From Candidatus Omnitrophota bacterium (GTDB lineage Bacteria; Omnitrophota; Gorgyraeia; 2-01-FULL-45-10), in NCBI GenBank assembly GCA_041650935.1, contig JBAZKH010000004.1, forward strand, positions 69,040-133,039: 64,000 nt of DNA, in the 5' to 3' direction. Under the pieces are notes generated by a model, which saw nothing but the letters and a program-made list of their open reading frames with translations, was not told where the DNA came from and did not search any database. Position 1 is the first letter of the stretch, and every line of letters starts with the position of its first letter. Positions 28,519-37,803 of the stretch are shown here, piece after piece. Both the position numbers and the translations under genes were made by a program.

Positions 28519-28565
28519 CTTTCCCGGCAAGATTCCTGGGGTACCACATGATCTTGCCGGGAAAG
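28519..28565 (+). promoter_or_regulatory. Perfect 15-bp inverted repeat (CTTTCCCGGCAAGAT ... ATCTTGCCGGGAAAG) forming an intra-operon hairpin
   Basis: It lies in the 114-nt gap between the nuoL-like and mrpB-like genes. The loop is 17 nt. Confidence 0.6.
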
Positions 28566-28601
28566 GGCAAATGGGGAAGAGTAGATAGTGGATAGAAGAA
28601 G

Positions 28602-29123
28602 ATGATAGAGATAGATCTCTTATTGATATTCATGATCATTGCCGCGCTCGTTGCGGTACAGGTGAAGGACCTGCTTTCGGCCGTGATCGCGGTCGGGGCC
28701 GTCGGTATAGGGCTGTCGCTGGGCTTTCTGGTATTGAAGGCCCCGGACCTGGCGATAATGCAGCTCGTTGTCGAGATCCTGAGCCTCATAATACTTATAC
28801 GCGCCACTATGCGCAAGGACCTGCCCTTCAGCATGTCGGGGAGGTGGATATCCAACACATCCGCCACCATAGCATTCCTGGCGCTCTTCTTTGTATTTGC
28901 CGCCAGGGCGCTAAAAGATGTGCCCGGTTTTGGTAACGCCGCGATGCGGATTTCGGGGCTTTATCTGACGGAGGCCCAGTCTCTCGGCGTGAATAATATA
29001 GTATCCGCCATAACGTTGAATTTCCGCGCCCTCGATACCCTTGGGGAAGCGACGGTACTCTTTGCCGCCATAGTGGGAGTCCTGGCCGTAGCGCGCAAGA
29101 TAGGGTATAAGAAGGAGAATTAA
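28602..29123 (+). CDS. MrpB N-terminal-domain-like membrane subunit (MbhD-like)
   Basis: It is 173 aa with 4-5 TM helices and an MnhB-type QLVVEILSLIILI segment. Confidence 0.7.
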   Translation: MIEIDLLLIFMIIAALVAVQVKDLLSAVIAVGAVGIGLSLGFLVLKAPDLAIMQLVVEILSLIILIRATMRKDLPFSMSGRWISNTSATIAFLALFFVFAARALKDVPGFGNAAMRISGLYLTEAQSLGVNNIVSAITLNFRALDTLGEATVLFAAIVGVLAVARKIGYKKEN

Positions 29124-29126
29124 GGA

Positions 29127-29534
29127 ATGATCGGACGTCAGGAGAAGGGGATGAGCCTCATAGTCAAGACCGTAACGAAGTTGACGGCCGGCTTTGTCCT
29201 GCTCTACGGCATATATGTGGCGCTCAACGGCCATCGCGCCCCCGGCGGCGGTTTTGCGGGAGGGGTCATAGCGGCGCTCGCTTTTATCCTTATCATGCTT
29301 GCTTTCGGTAAGGAGGTAGCGCTGAGGAGGCTGCGGAGCCAGACGTTGCGTGTCCTTATCGGCATAGGCGCGCTCGCCTTTTTGGTTATCGTTATAGCGG
29401 ATTTTTCCACGCGCGCCGTTTTTAACAACGAAATAATGATACCGATATGCGAAATGGCCGTAGTGGGGCTGGGGCTCTTCGCAATATTTACAGCGCTTGT
29501 CCTTTTGAGCAAAACGGACAAGGACGCGGAGTAG
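29127..29534 (+). CDS. MrpB C-terminal-domain-like membrane subunit (MbhE-like)
   Basis: It has the HRAPGGGFAGGVI motif (the PGGGF signature of MnhB). Confidence 0.7.
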   Translation: MIGRQEKGMSLIVKTVTKLTAGFVLLYGIYVALNGHRAPGGGFAGGVIAALAFILIMLAFGKEVALRRLRSQTLRVLIGIGALAFLVIVIADFSTRAVFNNEIMIPICEMAVVGLGLFAIFTALVLLSKTDKDAE

Positions 29535-29539
29535 GGATT

Positions 29540-29878
29540 ATGATCGAATACGTCTTGTGCCTTATATTATTTTCGATAGGCCTGTACTGTGTGGTCAGGA
29601 AGAGAAACCTGATAAAGATAATAATAGGTATAGGCATTATGGAATACGCGGCGAACCTTTTCTTCGTGCTTGCGGGATACCGCAAAGCGGGGCGTTCTCC
29701 GATATTTGCCGATAACCAGGCGGTCGGAAACATGGTAGACCCGTTTCCTCAGGCGATAGTCCTTACCGCTATAGTCATAGGGCTGGCGCTGACGCTTCTT
29801 CTGGTGGCCGTTGCCATAAAGATTTATGAAAAATACGGCACGTTCGATATAACGAAGATAAATAAACTCAGAGGCTGA
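29540..29878 (+). CDS. MrpC/NuoK-like subunit (MbhG-like)
   Basis: It is 112 aa with three TM helices. The start at MIEYV was chosen using the upstream GGAG. Confidence 0.7.
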   Translation: MIEYVLCLILFSIGLYCVVRKRNLIKIIIGIGIMEYAANLFFVLAGYRKAGRSPIFADNQAVGNMVDPFPQAIVLTAIVIGLALTLLLVAVAIKIYEKYGTFDITKINKLRG

Positions 29879-31377
29879 TGATGCAGTTGATACTCTATCT
29901 TATAGTAGTTCCGCTCGCGGCGGCTTTCCTTATCCCGGCTATCGGGAAACGGGTCAAGGGATCCCCGGCGGTAGCGGCTATTTGCGGAGCATTCTTTACA
30001 GCCGTCTTCTCTTATATAATAGCGGGCTCCGTCGTTACGCAAAAGATACTGGTGTGCAAAATGGGGACCTGGCCGCCGCCTGCAGGGATCAGCCTGGTCG
30101 TCGATTCTCTTTCTGCCTTTATACTTGTCACGGTGGATACGGTGGCGTTTCTCGCGGCGCTCTATAGCGGCCATTACATAAAAAAATATACCGATGACTG
30201 GAAATTCTACGCCCTATTCTCGATAATGCTCGCCGGCATAAACGGCGTTCTGGTTTCGAGCGACATGTTCAACCTGTACGTCTTCCTTGAGATAGCGGCG
30301 ATCGCCGGTTATTTTCTCGTTGCCTTCAGTGTGGAAGCGGCGGCTCTTGAAGCGGCGTTTAAATATGCCGTGATGGGCGCGATAGCATCCGTCTTCATAT
30401 TCCTGGGGATAGGCTTCCTCTACAGTTATGCATCGACGCTCAATATGGCGGGCCTCGCATCATTTATCGCGGCCAATAACCGTCCGGGGCTTCTGGTATT
30501 TGTAAGCGTCCTGTTCCTCGCGGGATTCGGCCTGAAGGCTGCGCTCGTTCCGTTTCATGCGTGGCTGCCTTATGCGCATTCGCAGGCGCCTGCGCCCATA
30601 TCGGCGATGCTATCCGGTGTCTCGATAAAGGTGCTGGGCATCTATGCGCTCGCGAGGATATTCTTTAACGTCTTCGGCCTGACCCCCGCCGTCTCATGGA
30701 TACTCATAACGCTGGCGGTTCTCTCTATGATCGCGGGCGGCATCCTGGCATTCGGCCAGACCGACATAAAACGCCTCTTCGCGTATTCGAGCATAAGCCA
30801 GATAGGTTATATAGCCCTTGGCCTCGGCATAGGCACCCCTCTTGCGATATTGGGCGCAATATTCCATCTATTCAACCACAGTATATCCAAATCGCTTCTC
30901 TTCCTGAATTCAGGTTCGATCGAAGAGATAACCGGCACAAGGGCGCTCGGCCGGATGTCGGGCGTCATTTACAGGGAGCCGGTCACCGGATATACGAATC
31001 TCGTGGCCGCGCTTTCGATATGCGGCATGCCGCCGTTAGCCGGTTTCTGGTCGAAGGTCATAATAATATTCGCGTGCATGCAGGCCGGGCACACCATGCT
31101 TGCTTTTGCCGCGGCGGGTGTAAGCGTGCTTACGTTGGCGTACTATTTTAAGGCGCTTTCACCGGCGCTATTCGGTAAAAGTGACGGTTCCTCCGCAAGG
31201 GTGCGGGTGGAGTGGCAGGCGGCGCTGCCGATGGTGATCCTGGCTATCCTGGCGCTTGCAGGTGCGCTGCTGATCATTCCGTCAACCGCAAATACGCCCA
31301 ATCTATTGTTGAGCGGCGCAGTCTCGGTCCTGACAGGCGGCAGGAATTATGCCATAGCGGTTATGGGGGCTATTTAG
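29878..31377 (+). CDS. MrpD/NuoM/NuoN-like antiporter subunit (MbhH-like)
   Basis: It is 499 aa and contains FHAWLPYAHSQAPAPISAMLSG. Confidence 0.8.
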   Translation: MMQLILYLIVVPLAAAFLIPAIGKRVKGSPAVAAICGAFFTAVFSYIIAGSVVTQKILVCKMGTWPPPAGISLVVDSLSAFILVTVDTVAFLAALYSGHYIKKYTDDWKFYALFSIMLAGINGVLVSSDMFNLYVFLEIAAIAGYFLVAFSVEAAALEAAFKYAVMGAIASVFIFLGIGFLYSYASTLNMAGLASFIAANNRPGLLVFVSVLFLAGFGLKAALVPFHAWLPYAHSQAPAPISAMLSGVSIKVLGIYALARIFFNVFGLTPAVSWILITLAVLSMIAGGILAFGQTDIKRLFAYSSISQIGYIALGLGIGTPLAILGAIFHLFNHSISKSLLFLNSGSIEEITGTRALGRMSGVIYREPVTGYTNLVAALSICGMPPLAGFWSKVIIIFACMQAGHTMLAFAAAGVSVLTLAYYFKALSPALFGKSDGSSARVRVEWQAALPMVILAILALAGALLIIPSTANTPNLLLSGAVSVLTGGRNYAIAVMGAI

Positions 31378-31905
31378 ATGTTATATAAAATAATTTTATT
31401 CTTAGTCTGGTTCGTTGTGTGGCTTTTTCTATCATGGCCTCCGACAGTATTATATGCGGTCACCGGGATATTCGTCGCGCTATTCGTTTCTATTGTCACG
31501 ATAGATACTTTTAATTCGCTGCATGCGGAGAAGGGAGTTGCTCCGGGCGCTCCGGGCTTCTCAGGTCTTTTCGTCAGGGTATTCTGGTTCGCCTGTTATG
31601 TCGCGGTATTTTTATGGAAGTGCCTGCTGGCAAATCTGGACGTAGCCTGGCGGGTCCTGCATCCGGACCTGCCTATAAGGCCCGGTACCTTAAGGCTGCG
31701 TACAAAATTGAAATCGGATATGGGCCTGACATTCCTGGCGAATTCGATAACGCTGACGCCCGGGACGACAACGATCGATATAGATAAGACAAACGGGTGT
31801 ATCTATGTCCATGTCCTGGCGCTTAAAGAGGGCCGGGAGGATCCGGCCAAAATGCAATTTGTGGTCGACAGGTTCGAGCGTATATTGGAAAGGATATTCG
31901 GGTAA
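31378..31905 (+). CDS. MrpE-like subunit (MbhA-like)
   Basis: It has the SITLTPGTTTID motif typical of MnhE. Confidence 0.7.
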   Translation: MLYKIILFLVWFVVWLFLSWPPTVLYAVTGIFVALFVSIVTIDTFNSLHAEKGVAPGAPGFSGLFVRVFWFACYVAVFLWKCLLANLDVAWRVLHPDLPIRPGTLRLRTKLKSDMGLTFLANSITLTPGTTTIDIDKTNGCIYVHVLALKEGREDPAKMQFVVDRFERILERIFG

Positions 31906-31911
31906 GGGCCT

Positions 31912-32271
31912 ATGAGAAGGATCAAATGGCTGGGCGGTGCGATTGCGATAGCCATCCTGGCGGGGATGATAGTATTCCTGCCTGTGCCGTCCATGCTTAG
32001 ATGGCAATCCGGTTTCCTCAGCCGGGCATTTTTATGCCTGCTGATTTCGGCTGTGCTCTGCCTCTTCCGGATATTCAGAGGGCCGAGCGCGCCGGACAGG
32101 GCGGTCGCCGTCGATATGCTCGGTATACTCATAGTCGGTTTTTGTGCCGTGCTTAGCATGCCGACGGGCAGGGACTGGTATATCGATATCGGCATCGCAT
32201 GGGCTCTGCAGAGCTTTATCGGGATAATGGCTTTATCGAAATATCTCGATGGGAAGGACTTCGATGAATGA
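31912..32271 (+). CDS. MrpF-like subunit (MbhB-like)
   Basis: It has the RIFRGPSAPDRAVAVDMLG motif typical of MnhF. Confidence 0.7.
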   Translation: MRRIKWLGGAIAIAILAGMIVFLPVPSMLRWQSGFLSRAFLCLLISAVLCLFRIFRGPSAPDRAVAVDMLGILIVGFCAVLSMPTGRDWYIDIGIAWALQSFIGIMALSKYLDGKDFDE

Positions 32272-32593
32272 GACCATAGGCGGCGCGCTCGTCATAGCAG
32301 GAATAGTATTCGACTTTCTCGGCTGCCTCGGCCTTGTGAGGTTCCCGGATGTATATACTCGCCTCCAGGCGTCGGCGAAGTGTGTGACGCTGGGAACGTG
32401 CGGCATACTTTTCGGTTTGTTCCTGGTGAAAGGTTTTTCGGCGACCGGCATAAAGGCGCTCCTGTGCCTCGTATTTATCATATTGACCGCGCCGGTATCC
32501 GCCCATGCGCTTGCGCGGGGCGCTTACAGGTCGGGCGTTAAGCCGTGGGAGAAGACGGTGATCGACCAGTACGGCGAAAACTCTCTTAAGTAA
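32264..32593 (+). CDS. MrpG-like subunit (MbhC-like)
   Basis: It has the GLVRFPDVYTRLQASAK motif typical of MnhG. It overlaps mrpF by 8 nt. Confidence 0.7.
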   Translation: MNETIGGALVIAGIVFDFLGCLGLVRFPDVYTRLQASAKCVTLGTCGILFGLFLVKGFSATGIKALLCLVFIILTAPVSAHALARGAYRSGVKPWEKTVIDQYGENSLK

Positions 32594-32622
32594 CGTCACA
32601 TAACCAAGAGGAGAATCTCTTT

Positions 32623-33216
32623 ATGGAGATCAGCGAGATAAAACTCAAGGCTATCGAGATGGCAGATAAGGTTTTTGAAATACTGGACCTGATAGAAGAC
32701 GGGTTCATGAAGAATAAGATGGAGTTCCTGACCGTGGCTATGCAGGAAGAGGGCGAGATCAACAAAGCGGAGAAGATGGTGACCGAAAATATAGCGGTAC
32801 TCTCCAGGTCCGGCGCCGACAAAAAAACACTCTCATCCCTGGCGCAGACTGCTGAAATGCTCGAGCGCATGGGGGACGAGGCGACCGGGCTCATAGAAAG
32901 GATCGAGGTCAAGGTGAACGAGAAACTGCGCTTCAGCGAAGAAGCGGTCAGGGAGTTCGGCGAAACCTACCGCCTGATGAAGGATTCCGTGCAGATGCTA
33001 AGAGAATTTTTGCGCACGGATGCCCCTGCGCTTAAGAAAAAGATCATAGATAACGGTTTCCGGGTGAAGGAGCTTGTCGAGAACCATAGGAAAGCGCATG
33101 CCGACAGGCTCGTCCAGGGCCAGTGCACTCCGATGAGCGCCAATATGTATTTCGATATGCTCGACTTCACCGGCAATCTCGCGCGCCATTCATCTAATAT
33201 AGTCAAGTTAGGATGA
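32623..33216 (+). CDS. PhoU-like / DUF47-like helical regulatory protein embedded in the hydrogenase operon
   Basis: It is 197 aa and helical, with PhoU-like LERMGDEA and MYFDMLDFTGNLARHSSNI segments. Confidence 0.5.
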   Translation: MEISEIKLKAIEMADKVFEILDLIEDGFMKNKMEFLTVAMQEEGEINKAEKMVTENIAVLSRSGADKKTLSSLAQTAEMLERMGDEATGLIERIEVKVNEKLRFSEEAVREFGETYRLMKDSVQMLREFLRTDAPALKKKIIDNGFRVKELVENHRKAHADRLVQGQCTPMSANMYFDMLDFTGNLARHSSNIVKLG

Positions 33217-33220
33217 AAAT

Positions 33221-33841
33221 ATGAGATTACCCAAGATAAGGGAATTGATGGAAGCGATAACGGCTCTGGTAAAAGGGCCGTATACCACGCGCTTCCCGTT
33301 CGCGCCGCATGAACCGGCAAAGAGGTTCCGCGGCAAGCCGGAGTATTCGGATGCGGGCTGTATCGCGTGTGCTGCGTGCGCGCTCGTCTGCCCGGCGAGG
33401 GCGATAGAGGTTAAGGACGTCGCGGCGAAGGGGAGAGCTACGAGGAAGATGGTGCTCCATCTCGACGAGTGCCATTACTGCGGCCAGTGCAGTGCCCTGT
33501 GCACGACGCGCGATGATGATCCGCCCGGCATCCGGCATACGGCAAAATTCGACCTGGCGGGATTCGACAGGCGCGAAATGGTTTCGACGACGGAGGAGAA
33601 AGAGCTTGCGTTGTGCGAAGCGTGCGGCGATGTCATTACCGCCAAGGCGCATCTCGACTGGCTCGCCAGGCGGCTCGGCCCGCTCGCATTCTCCAACCCG
33701 ACACTCTTTTTATCCTCGCTTAAAGATATGGGTTTTGCCGAAAACATCGCGTTTACCGCGCGCGACTATGCGCTGCGCAGCGACCGGATAAAGGTGTTGT
33801 GCGCGAAGTGCAGGCGAAAGGCAACGCTTGAAAAATATTAG
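33221..33841 (+). CDS. 2x[4Fe-4S] subunit (NuoI/EchF/MbhN-like)
   Basis: It has two cluster motifs, CIACAACALVCP and CHYCGQCSALC. Confidence 0.8.
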   Translation: MRLPKIRELMEAITALVKGPYTTRFPFAPHEPAKRFRGKPEYSDAGCIACAACALVCPARAIEVKDVAAKGRATRKMVLHLDECHYCGQCSALCTTRDDDPPGIRHTAKFDLAGFDRREMVSTTEEKELALCEACGDVITAKAHLDWLARRLGPLAFSNPTLFLSSLKDMGFAENIAFTARDYALRSDRIKVLCAKCRRKATLEKY

Positions 33842-34328
33842 CGGCTCTCCCGCGCAGGATCTGAAATCCGCTATCCGGGATAAGCTCAAGGGCAAGATCG
33901 CGATAGCGGGAATAGGGAACATCATCCGCGGCGACGACGGCCTGGGCCCGAAATTTATCGAGGTCATGAGGTCGAAATCGACCATGTCCGGGCTCTTCGA
34001 TTGCGGCACGGCGCCGGAAAATTATATTATCCCGATACTCTCTACGTCCTGCGATACGGTGGTGCTCGTGGATGCCGCGGACATGGGTATCGAGGCCGGC
34101 GGTATACGGATATTCGATCTCGAGGAGATCTCGAACGTCAGTTTCTCGACGCATAACCCGTCCCCGAGGTTATTTACGGATCTTCTTAAAACAGGCAAAG
34201 ATGACCTTTATATATTCGTAGTTTCCATACAACCGAAGACGACCGTCCTCGGCGCGCCCATAAGCGAAGAGGTTCTCCGTGGCATCAATATCCTGGCGGA
34301 TCTTTTTTTGGAAGCTCTTAATGGCTGA
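33828..34328 (+). CDS. hycI: Hydrogenase maturation endopeptidase (HycI/HybD family). It has a non-ATG (TTG) start
   Basis: It has the IAGIGNIIRGDDGLGP motif. It is 166 aa and overlaps the nuoI-like stop. Confidence 0.8.
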   Translation: MKNISGSPAQDLKSAIRDKLKGKIAIAGIGNIIRGDDGLGPKFIEVMRSKSTMSGLFDCGTAPENYIIPILSTSCDTVVLVDAADMGIEAGGIRIFDLEEISNVSFSTHNPSPRLFTDLLKTGKDDLYIFVVSIQPKTTVLGAPISEEVLRGINILADLFLEALNG

Positions 34329-35760
34329 CACCATCATCGATAATATCGCGTCCTGCCCTGCGCCCGCCGAGCTATTCGGCGCGATCGTAAATTCTCCTTA
34401 TCCATTCTTTCTGGATAGCTCTCTTTATGACAAAAGACTCGGCCGCCGCTCTTTTTTAGGATGCGAACCGTTCCTTCTCTTTAAGAGCAAGGGCGATTCT
34501 ATTCACCTGGAATGGGAGGACGGAAAAAAGGAGTCTTTTAAGCGCAATCCTTTCGCGGCCCTGAGGGATATTTTTAAAAGATATGCCCGCGGCGGCAGCG
34601 CTAAAGAGCTGCCGTTTACGTCGGGCGGGGTCGGTTACTTTTCTTATGATATGAAAGATTTTGTGGAGGCGCTTCCCGATCGAGCCTCCGACGACCTCGG
34701 GCTGCCGGATTGCGCCATGGGATTTTACGACACGGTCGTCATATATGACCATCTTAAGAATACGGCGCATATAGCGAGCTCCGGCCTTCCCTATGGCGGG
34801 GCCAGGGCTCACCGCAGGCGCGCCGGCCGTATGGAAGGATTGAAAGACAGGATAAGGGATGGCATAAGGACCGCAAAAGAGGATCGTGGGGGAGGCTTAA
34901 ACCTATACTGCGATCGATCTGCGGTTTGCGCAAGGGCAGATCTGCCGAAGTCTAACATCTCAAAATCCGGCTATATCGAGGCGGTTAAAAAGGCAAAGGA
35001 ATATATAAAGAAGGGCGATATATACCAGGTAAATCTTTCCCAGCGGTTCGAAAGCGATATCTTCATCGAACCGTCGGACCTCTATCTGAAATTAAGGGCT
35101 GTCAGTCCCGCGCCGTTTGCCGCTTATCTCGGATTTGGCGATTTTGCGGTGCTGAGTTCGTCACCGGAGAGGTTCCTGCTTAAAAAGGGGCGGTATATCG
35201 AGACCAGGCCGATAAAAGGGACAAGGCCCCGCGGCCGGACCGCTAAAAGTGATCTTGCGCTGGAGGGTGAGTTGAAACATAGCGTCAAGGATAACGCCGA
35301 ACATGTAATGATAGTCGATCTTGAGCGGAATGACCTGGGGCGGATATGCGATTATGGGAGCGTGAAATTGCGTGAGCCGCCTGTTGTAGAAAAATACACG
35401 AACGTCTCCCATCTCGTGTCCACCGTCTCCGGTAAACTTAAAAAAGACGTGGATGCGATAGATTGTCTCCTGGCGGCTTTCCCGGGCGGTTCTATAACAG
35501 GTGCGCCGAAGGTAAGGTCTATGGAGATAATAGAAGAGCTCGAACCGGTCAAGCGCTCGGTCTACACGGGCGCCGCCGGGTACATATCTTTCGACGGTAA
35601 TATGGATACATCGGTCGTCATAAGGACGCTCGTGGTAAAAGGGCGGCGGGCCTATTTTTCGGTCGGCGGCGGGATAGTCGCGGATTCGGATCCTGAGTTG
35701 GAATACCAGGAAACGCTGGATAAGGCGGCGGGCATTATGGAGGCTCTCGGGGAGATATGA
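34321..35760 (+). CDS. pabB: Chorismate-utilising enzyme, aminodeoxychorismate synthase component I-like
   Basis: It contains PERFL...PIKGT and GGSITGAPKVRSMEIIEELE...YTGAAGY. It is followed by an ADC-lyase-like gene. Confidence 0.7.
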   Translation: MADTIIDNIASCPAPAELFGAIVNSPYPFFLDSSLYDKRLGRRSFLGCEPFLLFKSKGDSIHLEWEDGKKESFKRNPFAALRDIFKRYARGGSAKELPFTSGGVGYFSYDMKDFVEALPDRASDDLGLPDCAMGFYDTVVIYDHLKNTAHIASSGLPYGGARAHRRRAGRMEGLKDRIRDGIRTAKEDRGGGLNLYCDRSAVCARADLPKSNISKSGYIEAVKKAKEYIKKGDIYQVNLSQRFESDIFIEPSDLYLKLRAVSPAPFAAYLGFGDFAVLSSSPERFLLKKGRYIETRPIKGTRPRGRTAKSDLALEGELKHSVKDNAEHVMIVDLERNDLGRICDYGSVKLREPPVVEKYTNVSHLVSTVSGKLKKDVDAIDCLLAAFPGGSITGAPKVRSMEIIEELEPVKRSVYTGAAGYISFDGNMDTSVVIRTLVVKGRRAYFSVGGGIVADSDPELEYQETLDKAAGIMEALGEI

Positions 35761-36635
35761 AAGTCTGGATAAACGGCAGGTGCTTATGCCCTGCGGACGC
35801 TAAGATCGCGGTATACGACAGAGGTTTTCTCTACGGAGACGGCCTCTTCGAAACGATGCGGAGCTTTAACGGGAAGGTCTTCAAACTCGATGAGCATCTT
35901 TCGCGGCTATGGCGATCAGCCAGGGTTTTAAGGATAAAGGTACCGTATCCGAAGAAGAGGCTTAAGGCAGCCGTCTGCAGGACCCTGGATGCGGCAGGTC
36001 TTAAAGACGCGTATATACGCCTTATGGTGACAAGGGGCGGGGGCATATTTACATTTCGCCCCGGCTCTTTACGCGCCGCGCCCAGCGTAGTTATAATTGT
36101 AAAAAAATTCGGGCCTTATCCGGCCCGGCTCTATTCATCCGGTATCAGCGCGAAGATTTCGGGAATAAAGCAGGATGAATCCTCTCCGCTCGCGGGCATA
36201 AAGAGCCTCAATTTCCTAAAGTATATACTCGCAAGGATCGATGCCAGGGAAAGCGGATTCGACGACGCGATACTTCTGAATACCAAGGGTAACGTCGCAG
36301 AAGCGGCTACAAGTAATATATTCCTGGTCAGGCGCGGCAGGCTTATTACGCCTTCTTTGATGAGCGGAGCGCTGCCGGGGATAACGAGAGATGCCGTTAT
36401 ACGTATGGCGAAGAAGATGAGGATATCCGTCAAAGAGAGGGTGGTCTTCCGCAGGGAGCTATTTTCCGCCGACGAGATATTCTTTACCGGCTCTCTTGCC
36501 GGGATCCTGCCTGTCGCGAAGATAGGCGGGCATCCGGTCGGAAGAGGGAGGCCGGGTGAAGTTACGAGACTCCTTTACGAAAAGTGGGAAGAGGCCGCTT
36601 TATCGAAGTCGAATATTCGCAAAAAAATAAAGTAG
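35757..36635 (+). CDS. pabC: Class IV aminotransferase (aminodeoxychorismate lyase-like)
   Basis: It starts …YDRGFLYGDGLFET and is 292 aa. Confidence 0.7.
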   Translation: MKVWINGRCLCPADAKIAVYDRGFLYGDGLFETMRSFNGKVFKLDEHLSRLWRSARVLRIKVPYPKKRLKAAVCRTLDAAGLKDAYIRLMVTRGGGIFTFRPGSLRAAPSVVIIVKKFGPYPARLYSSGISAKISGIKQDESSPLAGIKSLNFLKYILARIDARESGFDDAILLNTKGNVAEAATSNIFLVRRGRLITPSLMSGALPGITRDAVIRMAKKMRISVKERVVFRRELFSADEIFFTGSLAGILPVAKIGGHPVGRGRPGEVTRLLYEKWEEAALSKSNIRKKIK

Positions 36636-36667
36636 CCCGTCCCCATTTTTTTCATGTATAATTAATT

Positions 36668-37321
36668 ATGAACTCGAAACGGTACGGAATCGTATACGAA
36701 GACGATTACCTGATAGTGGTCGATAAAGCGCCGGGGGTTTTGGTCATTCCCACCCCAAAGAAAGAGACTAATACGCTGACAGACCTGCTGAATAACGAGT
36801 TGGACAGCCGCGGCGTGGAGGTAAATGCTTATCCGTGCCACAGGATCGACCGCGAAACTTCCGGGCTCATCGTATACTCGAAAGGTAAGAAGGCCCAGCA
36901 GCTTCTGATGGACGAGTTCAAGAACCGGCGGGTCAGCAAGCGCTATATAGCGGTAGTCCAGGGGACGGTCAGGCAGGATTCCGGCACGATAGATAGCGAT
37001 ATATTCAGCAGGAACAAAAACCGGTACGAAAAAGCCGTTACAAGATACCGGGTCCTTAAGCGCGCGGGGAGTTTGAGCGTACTGGAGGCGGAACCGGTTA
37101 CGGGCAGGACGAACCAGATACGTATTCACCTTAAAAAGATCGGCCATCCTATCGTCGGAGAGAGCGTCTATGCCTTCAGGAAGGATTTCAAGGTGAGATT
37201 CAAGAGGGTCGCTTTGCATGCCGCGGCCATAGAATTCAAACATCCCGTTACGGGGCGGGCGATGAAGTTCACATCGCCTTTGCCGGGGGATATAGAAGAG
37301 CTTATTAACAGAAAGGAATAA
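36668..37321 (+). CDS. RluA-family pseudouridine synthase
   Basis: It has the catalytic motif HRIDRETSGL. Confidence 0.8.
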   Translation: MNSKRYGIVYEDDYLIVVDKAPGVLVIPTPKKETNTLTDLLNNELDSRGVEVNAYPCHRIDRETSGLIVYSKGKKAQQLLMDEFKNRRVSKRYIAVVQGTVRQDSGTIDSDIFSRNKNRYEKAVTRYRVLKRAGSLSVLEAEPVTGRTNQIRIHLKKIGHPIVGESVYAFRKDFKVRFKRVALHAAAIEFKHPVTGRAMKFTSPLPGDIEELINRKE

Positions 37322-37323
37322 CG

Positions 37324-37800
37324 ATGGCGAAAGGCCCTACGCATTTGACGCCGGAAGGTTATGAGAAATTAAGGAAGGAGCTTGAGCGTCTGAAGACGGT
37401 TAAGCGCCGGGAACTTTCTAAAGCCATAGGCGAGGCCAGGGCGCACGGCGACATAAGCGAAAACGCCGAATATGATTCCGCTAAAGAAGCCCAGGGCCTG
37501 AACGAAAAGAAGATAGCGGAGCTCGAGGCAAAGCTGGTCACCGCGCGGATACTGGATAGCTCGGAGATGTCGACGGACGAGGTCCTGATAGGCGCGACCG
37601 TTAAGCTCAAAGACATGGATAGCGGCGAAGAGTTTGCGTATTCCATAGTTGCGGAAGAGGAAGCCGACTTTGCGCAGAATAAGATTTCCATACAATCTCC
37701 TGTAGGGGAGGGGCTCATGAACCACAAGAAAGGCGATGTGGTCGAGATACAGGTGCCGCGCGGCATACTGCGGTATAAAATTTTGGGTATTTCAAGATAG
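37324..37800 (+). CDS. greA: Transcription elongation factor GreA
   Basis: It is 158 aa. The N-terminal coiled coil has the acidic DISENAEYD motif, and there is a C-terminal FKBP-like domain. Confidence 0.9.
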   Translation: MAKGPTHLTPEGYEKLRKELERLKTVKRRELSKAIGEARAHGDISENAEYDSAKEAQGLNEKKIAELEAKLVTARILDSSEMSTDEVLIGATVKLKDMDSGEEFAYSIVAEEEADFAQNKISIQSPVGEGLMNHKKGDVVEIQVPRGILRYKILGISR

Positions 37801-37803
37801 GAA

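Noticed and set aside
30696-31151. A 151-aa + strand ORF inside the mrpD-like gene in another frame, and a similar Arg-rich 73-aa ORF at 5298-5519 inside hypD.
   Set aside because: They are wholly internal to strongly supported genes. Their composition is Arg/His-rich, typical of out-of-frame GC-rich reading.
32623-33216. Considered whether the PhoU-like ORF inside the hydrogenase operon is a spurious ORF in an intergenic gap.
   Set aside because: It has a strong RBS (AAGAGGAG) and a 197-codon helical protein with PhoU-like segments. Its codon usage matches its neighbours. I kept it as a real gene.
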